Source: Candidatus Aenigmatarchaeota archaeon (GTDB lineage: Archaea > Aenigmatarchaeota > Aenigmatarchaeia > QMZP01 > QMZT01). Taken from it: a stretch of DNA of 64,000 nucleotides. How positions within the stretch are numbered: position 1 is the first letter of the stretch; each line of letters opens with the position of its first letter. Both the position numbers and the translations under genes were made by a program. The DNA is taken from positions 13,271 through 77,270 of the forward strand of contig JAZDFI010000008.1 of NCBI GenBank assembly GCA_043808015.1. Reading direction: 5' to 3'. The notes under the pieces were generated by a model. That model saw only the letters and a list, made by a program, of their open reading frames with translations, made no database searches and was not told the origin of the DNA. Shown one piece after another: positions 57,610 to 64,000 of the stretch.

Positions 57610-57675
57610 GTTTCATCCTCTAAGGCTGTAAAGCTTTGCTTGAGCAAATAGTGGTTTGTCAGAGGAAATAAATAG

Positions 57676-58545
57676 CTACCTGCATTTCTGGTAGGGGTTT
57701 CTGGGCACGATTATCCACAATACGATGTAAAGCAGTATGCCGAAGCCCCATGCGAGCGTCCCGATTATCCAGAGTATTCTTACTATCGTCGGGTCGATGC
57801 CCAAGTATTCGGCTATGCCGCCGCAGACGCCGCCCAGAATCTTGTCCTTGCATGACCTGTAAAGCCTGTGGACTTCTTCCATGTTCTGCGCTTTCACGGG
57901 TTTTGTTCTTTTCACAACACGCTCCTCCTGATGGTAAAGCGTCTTTTCAGTCGCGATAATTATAGCCAGGACGATGTAGCCCACGCAAAGGAAAAGCCAG
58001 AATACTAGAAATATGCTCTGGCCTATGTAGGAGACGAGGCTGGATATGAAGGGTATGTTCAGCGTCGTGTTCATGATCTGCAGTGCGTGCGCCCCTATCC
58101 AGAAGCACGTCGCTATGCCGACGGCGACAGAAACCGGGGAGAAAATCCTGTAAAGCCTGTAGTTGACCTTGGAGAAATGCGAAGTGTACGAGAAGAACAG
58201 CATGAGCATGAATAACACGCCTATGTTGCTAGTGAGGAACGCGTTTATGTCGTTGAGCAGCCAGCTCTGGACGTTGTTGTTTATGAAAGACATGACCCAC
58301 GTGAGAAGGACCATTATTATGATGCCTATGACGCTGGTTATGAGCGGCCCCAGCACGCCGAAAGTCTTGCTGAAAGAATTATCAAATTCGCAGCCTCGCC
58401 TTTCCCATGCCCTTCCCCGTCGCTCCATGTGCCTGCCGAAGCGGTTGCCGATATCCTCGACTTCCTCTCCGAAATCCTTGAAGCGCTTCTCGACGACGGT
58501 CTTTTCTTTCCTGACGTTTCTCGCGGGCTTTTTCCTTTTGACCAT
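57676..58545 (-). CDS. PspC-domain membrane protein
   Basis: C-terminal PspC motif: KDKILGGVCGGIAEYLGIDPTIVRILWIIGTLAWGFGILLYIVLWIIVP. Basic N-terminus and 4-5 additional TMs. Confidence 0.7.
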   Translation of the reverse strand: MVKRKKPARNVRKEKTVVEKRFKDFGEEVEDIGNRFGRHMERRGRAWERRGCEFDNSFSKTFGVLGPLITSVIGIIIMVLLTWVMSFINNNVQSWLLNDINAFLTSNIGVLFMLMLFFSYTSHFSKVNYRLYRIFSPVSVAVGIATCFWIGAHALQIMNTTLNIPFISSLVSYIGQSIFLVFWLFLCVGYIVLAIIIATEKTLYHQEERVVKRTKPVKAQNMEEVHRLYRSCKDKILGGVCGGIAEYLGIDPTIVRILWIIGTLAWGFGILLYIVLWIIVPRNPYQKCR

Positions 58546-58627
58546 ACAATTATTTTGTTCTGCTACTTAAAGTATTTTACCATGGTCCTGAAACAAGCAA
58601 TTTATTGGGCGCGTGCCAATTATTAAC

Positions 58628-59369
58628 ATGCTTAACGTTTTCATAATCAGCCTTCTGGCAGGCCTTGCCACGGCGCTCGGCGGGGCGCTGGTGCTCCATT
58701 CGAAAAAGATCGGCGACAAGACTCTTGGCTTCGGCCTGGGCTTTTCAGGCGGCGTTATGATTATCATAGCGTTTCTCAGCCTGTTATTCAAAGCAATAGA
58801 ATTCGGGACATATGCCGGCGCTGTCGTATGGTTCGTCATTGGCGCACTGATCATGCTCGTTCTCGACTTCTTCGTGCCGCACCAGTATTTCATAAAGGAA
58901 AAGCGCTTCGAAAGCGAAAAGAAGCTCAAGTTCATGAGGGTCGGCCTCCTTGTCGCTGTCGGGATGACGCTGCACAACTTCCCGGAAGGTGCCATAGTAG
59001 GGATAGGATATAACGTGATGCCTGCCTTTTGGCCTGATGCTCGCGTTCGCGATAGCCATGCACAACATACCTGAGGGCGTTGCCATCGCCATTCCGCTTC
59101 AGGCCGGCGGAATGAAAAGGAAAAAAATATTTATCATAACGCTTCTTTCAGGCCTTACGGAAACTTTCGGGGCGATGGTCGCGGCCTTGTTCCTGTCCGC
59201 GATTCCTGGCATAATACCAATAGCCCTCGCGCTGACCAGCGGCGTGATGGTTTACCTGTCCATGGACGAGCTGATACCTTTGGCGACGAAAAGCTGCAAC
59301 CCCCATTCGATAAGCATAGGGCTGATAGTCGGCATGGCCGCGGCGCTGCTTCTGGAAGCGATTGTTTAA
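58628..59369 (+). pseudogene. ZupT-like ZIP metal transporter interrupted by a frameshift
   Basis: ORF 58613..59074 ends after LHNFPEGAIVGIGYNV. ORF 59037..59369 continues as (LPFGL)MLAFAIAMHNIPEGVAIAIPL in another frame. The shift must lie near 59010..59020. Confidence 0.65.
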
Positions 59370-59382
59370 AACATCTAACGCC

Positions 59383-59994
59383 CTAGCTCTTCAGCAGGTC
59401 TTCCAGGCGTTTGTTGACAGCGTTCCAGTCGACGACGTCCCAGAATGCCTCGATGAATTTCGCGCGGTCGTTCTTGTAGTCAATGTAATACGCATGCTCG
59501 AACACGTCTATGACGAGCAGAATTCTGAACATCGGGTAGACGTTCGTGTTGTGCTTCTCTACTTGCATGATTATCGGGCGATGCGTCTGCCTGCAGAACG
59601 TCAGCGCGGCCCAGCCGCTGCCTTCGACGCTCATCGCGGCTTGAGTGAACTCTTTTTTGAAGCGCTCGAAGCTGCCGAACTCGTGATTTATGACTTCGAG
59701 TATCTTGCCGTGGGGCTGCGTCTTATTCGGAAGCGAGAGATTGCCCCAGAACAGCGAATGCATCAGGTGGCCGCCGATATGGAATGACAGTTCTTTGAGC
59801 GTCGCTTTCATGTCGGCGTCGCTGCCGTCGACGCGCGCCTTGTCCAGTTTTTGCAGTATCGCGTTCGCGCCGTTCACATACGCCTGATGATGCTTCTCGT
59901 AATGTATCTTCACCTGTTCTTCCGATAACGAGGGAGCCAGGTCACCGTAAGCAAAATTAAGCTTTGGCATTGCATAGAAGCCTTTGCCTTCCAT
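59383..59994 (-). CDS. sodA: Fe/Mn superoxide dismutase
   Basis: IHYEKHHQAYVNG and DVFEHAYYIDYKNDR. RBS GAGAGGTG upstream. Confidence 0.9.
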   Translation of the reverse strand: MEGKGFYAMPKLNFAYGDLAPSLSEEQVKIHYEKHHQAYVNGANAILQKLDKARVDGSDADMKATLKELSFHIGGHLMHSLFWGNLSLPNKTQPHGKILEVINHEFGSFERFKKEFTQAAMSVEGSGWAALTFCRQTHRPIIMQVEKHNTNVYPMFRILLVIDVFEHAYYIDYKNDRAKFIEAFWDVVDWNAVNKRLEDLLKS

Positions 59995-60017
59995 AATTAC
60001 ACCTCTCTTTTAAACGA

Positions 60018-60149
60018 CTATTTCTTTTTCTTTTCTTTATCGAGCTTCATGGGCTGGCCGCAGCATACCAGCGTGCCTGCGCCGTTCTCGACGACTTTCA
60101 CGACGTTGCCGCATATGAGGCATCTGTAAGTTTCCCCTACTTTTGTCAT
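60018..60149 (-). CDS. Desulforedoxin-like small iron protein (43 aa)
   Basis: Not in the ORF track. Hand translation: MTKVGETYRCLICGNVVKVVENGAGTLVCCGQPMKLDKEKKKK. C-x2-C...C-C pattern as in desulforedoxin and the Dfx N-terminal domain. Confidence 0.6.
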   Translation of the reverse strand: MTKVGETYRCLICGNVVKVVENGAGTLVCCGQPMKLDKEKKKK

Positions 60150-60183
60150 ACCTATCACTTTCCCCTTAATTATTTTTTGCTGG

Positions 60184-60471
60184 TCATTTTATTTTCATGA
60201 AAAGGCCGCACCAGCAGCGTCCTTCGTCTGCCCATATATCCTGCGCCTTGAAGTTGCAGGGACATATTAGTTTTAAGTCCCCGTCCTTAGTTCCGTCCCT
60301 CAGCCTGCACGGGCAGAGTTTAATGCCGTATTTCTTCTCGTTCACCCTGAGTCCTTTGAAAATCAGGCCCACGTGATTTTTGTCCGGGTTGAGCGCGAAG
60401 TCTTTTTTGTCGGCGAACTTGTTCCAGAGTGTGATCATATTCTCAAGTTCCGATACCTCGCCGCGCGTCAT
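60184..60471 (-). CDS. Ferredoxin:thioredoxin reductase catalytic-subunit-like protein
   Basis: CPCRLRDGTKDGDLKLICPCNFKAQDIWADEGRCWCGLF (CPC...CPC...CxC pattern). Confidence 0.7.
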   Translation of the reverse strand: MTRGEVSELENMITLWNKFADKKDFALNPDKNHVGLIFKGLRVNEKKYGIKLCPCRLRDGTKDGDLKLICPCNFKAQDIWADEGRCWCGLFMKIK

Positions 60472-60989
60472 TTTTTCAGGCGCTCCTCCGACAGATGGAG
60501 ATGGTCAGTCTCGATTTCAACCAGCGACTGGAATATCTCCTTCACCCGAGGATTCGTCGCTTCTCCGGCGGCCCTGCTGTAAAATTCGATAGCATTCGTC
60601 TCCCTCGTGTGCGAGTCTTCCAGGTTCTCGCGATTCGCTGCGTGACACTGCTCGCTACCGTCGGGCGTCTTGACCAGTTTCAGTATCTTTCTCCATATGG
60701 CCGCGTGCTCCGCCTCTATTTTGCCCAGCGCCTTGAACAGGAGCCGTCCCTCGTCATCGTCGGTCTTGCCGGCCGCGCAGAAATAAAATGCCGCGTTGCT
60801 AACTTCAACTTTCAGCGCGTGCTCCGCATTCTCCTTGTCTTTTGCGTTGAGCTCCACGTCGAAATTCGCTTTCGCGACTTTCGCCACTTTTATGTATTTC
60901 TGGTGCGCCCCGCAGAACGGGCAGTTTTTCGGGGGCGAATCACCCACGTAAGGATCTCCGCAAATCTCGCATCTCCACAGCACTACCAT
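60468..60989 (-). CDS. rbr: Rubrerythrin, reverse domain order (N-terminal rubredoxin-like, C-terminal diiron)
   Basis: CEICGDPYVGDSPPKNCPFCGA at the N-terminus. Two ExxH diiron motifs (EAEH, ETDH). Confidence 0.85.
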   Translation of the reverse strand: MVVLWRCEICGDPYVGDSPPKNCPFCGAHQKYIKVAKVAKANFDVELNAKDKENAEHALKVEVSNAAFYFCAAGKTDDDEGRLLFKALGKIEAEHAAIWRKILKLVKTPDGSEQCHAANRENLEDSHTRETNAIEFYSRAAGEATNPRVKEIFQSLVEIETDHLHLSEERLKK

Positions 60990-61008
60990 ATTATCACCAT
61001 CGATTCAA

Positions 61009-61272
61009 TTAACCATCAACTTCTTTCCTGCCGTTTTCCAGCTCCTTTATCTGCTCCTTGTCGAACTTGAGCAGCATGGTCTGGAATTCGCCCATGTGCG
61101 TCTTCTCTTCCTTCGCTATGTCCAAAAGCGTCTCCTTAAGTTTCCTGTCAGTCGCCATCGCAGCCATCTGCTCGTAAAGGTTGACGGCGTCGAGCTCGGC
61201 TATCATGCCGACTCTCGCGATCTGCCCGTCTATGTTTTCCTTGCCTATCCTCTTCGGAATGTCCGACATCAT
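61009..61272 (-). CDS. Small ferritin-like protein resembling encapsulated-ferritin (EncFtn) family
   Basis: 87 aa: [45 protein letters not shown] (E...Y...ExxH pattern). The family call is from memory. Confidence 0.6.
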   Translation of the reverse strand: MMSDIPKRIGKENIDGQIARVGMIAELDAVNLYEQMAAMATDRKLKETLLDIAKEEKTHMGEFQTMLLKFDKEQIKELENGRKEVDG

Positions 61273-61964
61273 ATTCCCTGCCTCCCTTTATGACCTTTTG
61301 GCTCTTCCAGTTTCTTGTGGCACAGCCACCAGTCAAAGCATTGTATTTCTCCCTTGCTAACCTGATCCTTTCTTTCGGCTATCATACTCTCGCTTCCAGC
61401 AGGCGGGACAATCACCTCGTCGCCGACAAGCTCGTTGTTCGGCCAGTTCGCAGGGCACGCCACTTTATGCGCGTCCACTGTCTGCAGTCCCTTCAGCATG
61501 CGCAATATCTCGTCCATGTTCCTGCCCAGCTCCTGCGGGTAGTAAAGCATCGCGCGAAGGGTGCCGGACGGGTCTATGAAAAACACCGCTCGCACGGTGT
61601 TCGTCCCCTTGCCAGGGTGTATCATGCCCAGCATCTCAGCTATCTTCCCCCGGTCGTCGGCTATGACCGGGAATTTTATCTCGACACTCAGCTTCTCTTT
61701 TATCCATTCGATCCATTTCAGATGGCTGAAGACCTGGTCTATGCTCAGACCCACCAGCTCCGCGCCGAGTGCCTTGAACTGGTCATAGCGCTTCTGGAAA
61801 GCGACGAATTCTGTGGTGCAGACTGGCGTGTAGTCTGCCGGATGGGAGAAAAGAACGACCCATTTCCCTTTGTAATCATGCGGAAAATTGAGCATTCCGT
61901 GCGTTGTTTTTGCCTCGAACTCAGGCACCTTTTCGCCAAGCAATGGCATTCTTGAATTTTCCAT
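61269..61964 (-). CDS. Peroxiredoxin (archaeal Prx6-like)
   Basis: [12 protein letters not shown] active site. ATG at 61964 is preceded by GAGGGGTGG. Confidence 0.9.
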   Translation of the reverse strand: MENSRMPLLGEKVPEFEAKTTHGMLNFPHDYKGKWVVLFSHPADYTPVCTTEFVAFQKRYDQFKALGAELVGLSIDQVFSHLKWIEWIKEKLSVEIKFPVIADDRGKIAEMLGMIHPGKGTNTVRAVFFIDPSGTLRAMLYYPQELGRNMDEILRMLKGLQTVDAHKVACPANWPNNELVGDEVIVPPAGSESMIAERKDQVSKGEIQCFDWWLCHKKLEEPKGHKGRQGI

Positions 61965-61999
61965 AATCCACCCCTCTTTATTCAAAATCTTTAGATGCT

Positions 62000-62260
62000 T
62001 TATAAATTTAGTTCCTTGTCTATTGCGGCCCTGTCGAAGCCGACTATAACCTTGCCGTTTATCTCTATCTGCGGCACTCCGGTAAAGCCGGATTTGGCTA
62101 TCATTTCCCTAGCTGCACTCTCGTTAGACGATACGTCTATGTCCTCGAATTTCACATTCTTGGCTTTAAGATAGTCCTTTGCCATGTGACAATAAGGGCA
62201 TGTCGGAGTCGAATATATTTTCACGCTCGCTGTTTTTTTCTTGTTTGTCATTTCAACCAC
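62000..62260 (-). CDS. Glutaredoxin-like small redox protein
   Basis: [19 protein letters not shown] (CPYC) and [15 protein letters not shown]. Confidence 0.8.
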   Translation of the reverse strand: MVEMTNKKKTASVKIYSTPTCPYCHMAKDYLKAKNVKFEDIDVSSNESAAREMIAKSGFTGVPQIEINGKVIVGFDRAAIDKELNL

Positions 62261-62325
62261 TCTCCTGTATTTTCAATATAATAAGTTACGATAAGTATAT
62301 AAATATGTTCGGATATATAAACATT

Positions 62326-62751
62326 ATGGTTCGAATTTCAAACTTAGAACTTGTAAAGTTATTGAAAGAAAATTCGCGTTCTTCGTATGTCGATATGGCC
62401 AGGCACTTCGGCGTCACCGAAACAGCCGTTAGAAAACGCGTCAAGAATCTTGAGACGATAGGCGTGATAAAAAAATACACCATAGACGTGGACCCGAAGA
62501 AAATCGGCTTTGACGTCGACACACTTATAGGCATCGACACGATGCCGGAAAAATATATCCGCGTGATGGAGAAGCTCAAGCCCATGCAAGAAGTGATGAG
62601 GCTTTGCTCATCGTCAGGAGATCATATGCTCATGATAGAGTGCTGGTTCCAGACCTCGCGCGAGTTCACGAAATTCATAAAGATGCTGGAAAAAATGGAC
62701 GGCGTTACAAAGGTCTGCCCGGCAATAATAAGCGAGAAGATGAAGTGCTAG
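62326..62751 (+). CDS. Lrp/AsnC-family transcription regulator
   Basis: MVRISNLELVKLLKENSRSSYVDMARHFGVTETAVRKRVKNLETIGVIKKY plus a RAM-like C-terminal domain. Divergent from the antioxidant cluster. Confidence 0.85.
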   Translation: MVRISNLELVKLLKENSRSSYVDMARHFGVTETAVRKRVKNLETIGVIKKYTIDVDPKKIGFDVDTLIGIDTMPEKYIRVMEKLKPMQEVMRLCSSSGDHMLMIECWFQTSREFTKFIKMLEKMDGVTKVCPAIISEKMKC

Positions 62752-62754
62752 GTG

Positions 62755-63549
62755 CTAGAGCCCCGCGCCTTTAAGCGCGCTCGCGCATGCGCACTCGCGC
62801 TCCTTTGGGAATTTGGTCACGAGCCTTTCCAGAACTTTTTTGACATTTTCCGTGCTCTTGTGCATCGCCTTTATGACTTCTTCTGCGGATACGGCGCCCT
62901 CTTTCCAGCAGTCGTAGTCAGTGACAGTCGCAATCGTCAGATAACAGATTTCCTTTTCCCTAGCCAGCGTGACTTCAGGCACGAGCGTCATGCCGATTAC
63001 GTCCGCTTTCATCATGCGCCACGCGTTCGACTCGGCTCTTGATGAAAAGCGCGGGCCGTCGATGCAGATGTACGCGCCTTCTTCGTGGTGACGCAGCTTC
63101 AGCTCTTTCAGGACTTTCATTGCGGCCGTCCTCATATCGTTACAGAACGGGTCGGCAAGCGAAACGTGCACGACTTTCGGCCCGTCGTAAAATGTAGTGA
63201 TGCGCATTTTAGTCATGTCTATGAACTGGTCCGGGATGACAATATCGCCTGGTCTCATATCCTCTTTCAAGGAGCCGACGGCGGCGATGCCTATTATTCG
63301 CTTGACGCCGAGTTTCTCGAGCGCTGCTATGTTCGCCCGGTAGTTTACCTTGTGCGGCGGTATCGAATGCGTTTCACCATGCCGGAAAATGAATGCGACT
63401 TTCACGCCCTTGCAAGTCCCGAGTATGATTTTGCTTGAAGGATTGCCGAACTGCGTGCTTACATCAACTTTCTTCACGTTCTCGAGCATGCTTTCAGAAT
63501 AAATTCCAGTCCCGCCGATGATGCCGATCTGCGCTTCCGCCATACACAT
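62755..63549 (-). CDS. mtnP: S-methyl-5'-thioadenosine phosphorylase / purine nucleoside phosphorylase
   Basis: IGIIGGTGIY, RHGETHSIPPHKVNYRANI and VIGMTLVPE. Start at 63549 or 63543. Confidence 0.85.
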   Translation of the reverse strand: MCMAEAQIGIIGGTGIYSESMLENVKKVDVSTQFGNPSSKIILGTCKGVKVAFIFRHGETHSIPPHKVNYRANIAALEKLGVKRIIGIAAVGSLKEDMRPGDIVIPDQFIDMTKMRITTFYDGPKVVHVSLADPFCNDMRTAAMKVLKELKLRHHEEGAYICIDGPRFSSRAESNAWRMMKADVIGMTLVPEVTLAREKEICYLTIATVTDYDCWKEGAVSAEEVIKAMHKSTENVKKVLERLVTKFPKERECACASALKGAGL

Positions 63550-63673
63550 TTTTTGTTGCTGTGGCTTAAATAATCCACTTTTATCGTTTGAAAAACAAGC
63601 GAAAAATTCTTAAATCCAGATATGTTAAAATAAAGATACTTTAAAAGGAATAATGTTAATAAAATAATTGATT

Positions 63674-64000
63674 ATGACTGCCAAAGAGACTGCGAAAGAG
63701 AAGATTCTCGTCATCAGCGTAGACAGGGATAACGATGTCGGCCAGAAGACGGGCATCGAAGGCCCGATTGTCGGACGCGAGAAGGCGATAGATGCAGCCA
63801 CGAAACTCAGCGTCAAGGACCCGGAGGAAAGCGACAGCAACGCCATATTCGGCGCGGTCAAGCTTCTCGACGAGCTCGGTGAGAAGTACGAAGCGGAAGT
63901 CGCTGTCTTAACCGGCCACAAGAACAGAGGGATTGACGCTGACCGTGAAATATCCAGGCAGCTGGACCACGTCCTCGAAAAGAGGCCGAGCGATTTTGTC
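63674..64000 (+). CDS. DUF373-like protein, 3'-truncated by the window edge
   Basis: Hand translation: MTAKETAKEKILVISVDRDNDVGQKTGIEGPIVGREKAIDAATKLSVKDPEESDSNAIFGAVKLLDEL... The frame is open to the window end. The family call is from memory. Confidence 0.55.
   Translation, partial: MTAKETAKEKILVISVDRDNDVGQKTGIEGPIVGREKAIDAATKLSVKDPEESDSNAIFGAVKLLDELGEKYEAEVAVLTGHKNRGIDADREISRQLDHVLEKRPSDFV

Noticed and set aside
61290-61955. 221-aa plus-strand ORF
   Set aside because: It is antisense to peroxiredoxin (clear PVCTTE active site).
63625-63921. 98-aa minus-strand ORF
   Set aside because: The opposite strand encodes a DUF373-like protein starting at 63674 that stays open to the window end. 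The minus-strand product is Ser-rich with no motif.

Overview
This window is an archaeal chromosome segment. All calls were made by eye from the sequence and the ORF track, with no searches or computed statistics. Archaeal hallmarks include aRF1, FEN1, a PriS-type primase, eL18/eS8/eL37, LSm, Sec61beta and an archaeal 16S 5' end (ATTCCGGCTGATCCTGCCGGAGG). Many genes carry GGAGGTG-like ribosome-binding sites that match the 16S 3' end GGATCACCTCCT.

Content by region:
- 1-7 kb: a type IV pilus-like ATPase, a platform protein split into two genes, and a 1012-aa membrane protein.
- 7-20 kb: housekeeping genes (ndk, adk, thrS, an HDAC-like protein, a fused PriS-PriL primase, DRG GTPase, Kef, KsgA, a KaiC-like ATPase, FEN1).
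- Two visibly AT-rich islets, each with a free-standing LAGLIDADG gene. One is frameshifted; the other abuts tRNA-Gln.
- 21.5-24.3 kb: tandem 8-bladed PQQ-type beta-propeller paralogs.
- 24.3-28.5 kb: aRF1 and an S13-S4-S11-L3 block.
- 28.6-34.3 kb: a seven-gene pyrimidine operon (pyrB-I-D-K-C-E-F).
- 34.5-40.8 kb: a surface protein with a MacB-type ABC cluster, then transporters.
- 46.4-52.5 kb: a 16S-tRNAAla-23S operon followed by a candidate RNase P RNA.
- 55.3-56.9 kb: an L18e-L13-S9-S10 block.
- 59.4-62.3 kb: a seven-gene antioxidant island.

Most unusual observations:
1. aRF1 reads GGW where the universal GGQ is expected.
2. The 23S rRNA differs from near-universal sequence in the peptidyl-transferase central loop (apparently with covariation) and in the sarcin-ricin loop. 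The 16S has U at the C1400 position.
3. All four tRNAs contain introns, six in total, three of them at non-canonical D-loop or T-loop sites.
4. Both rRNAs carry ORF-less insertions bounded by inverted repeats.
5. An 81-nt element sits where 5S would be expected and recurs identically about 10 kb away.

Together these suggest a fast-evolving, small-genome (DPANN-like) archaeon. That placement is inference only.
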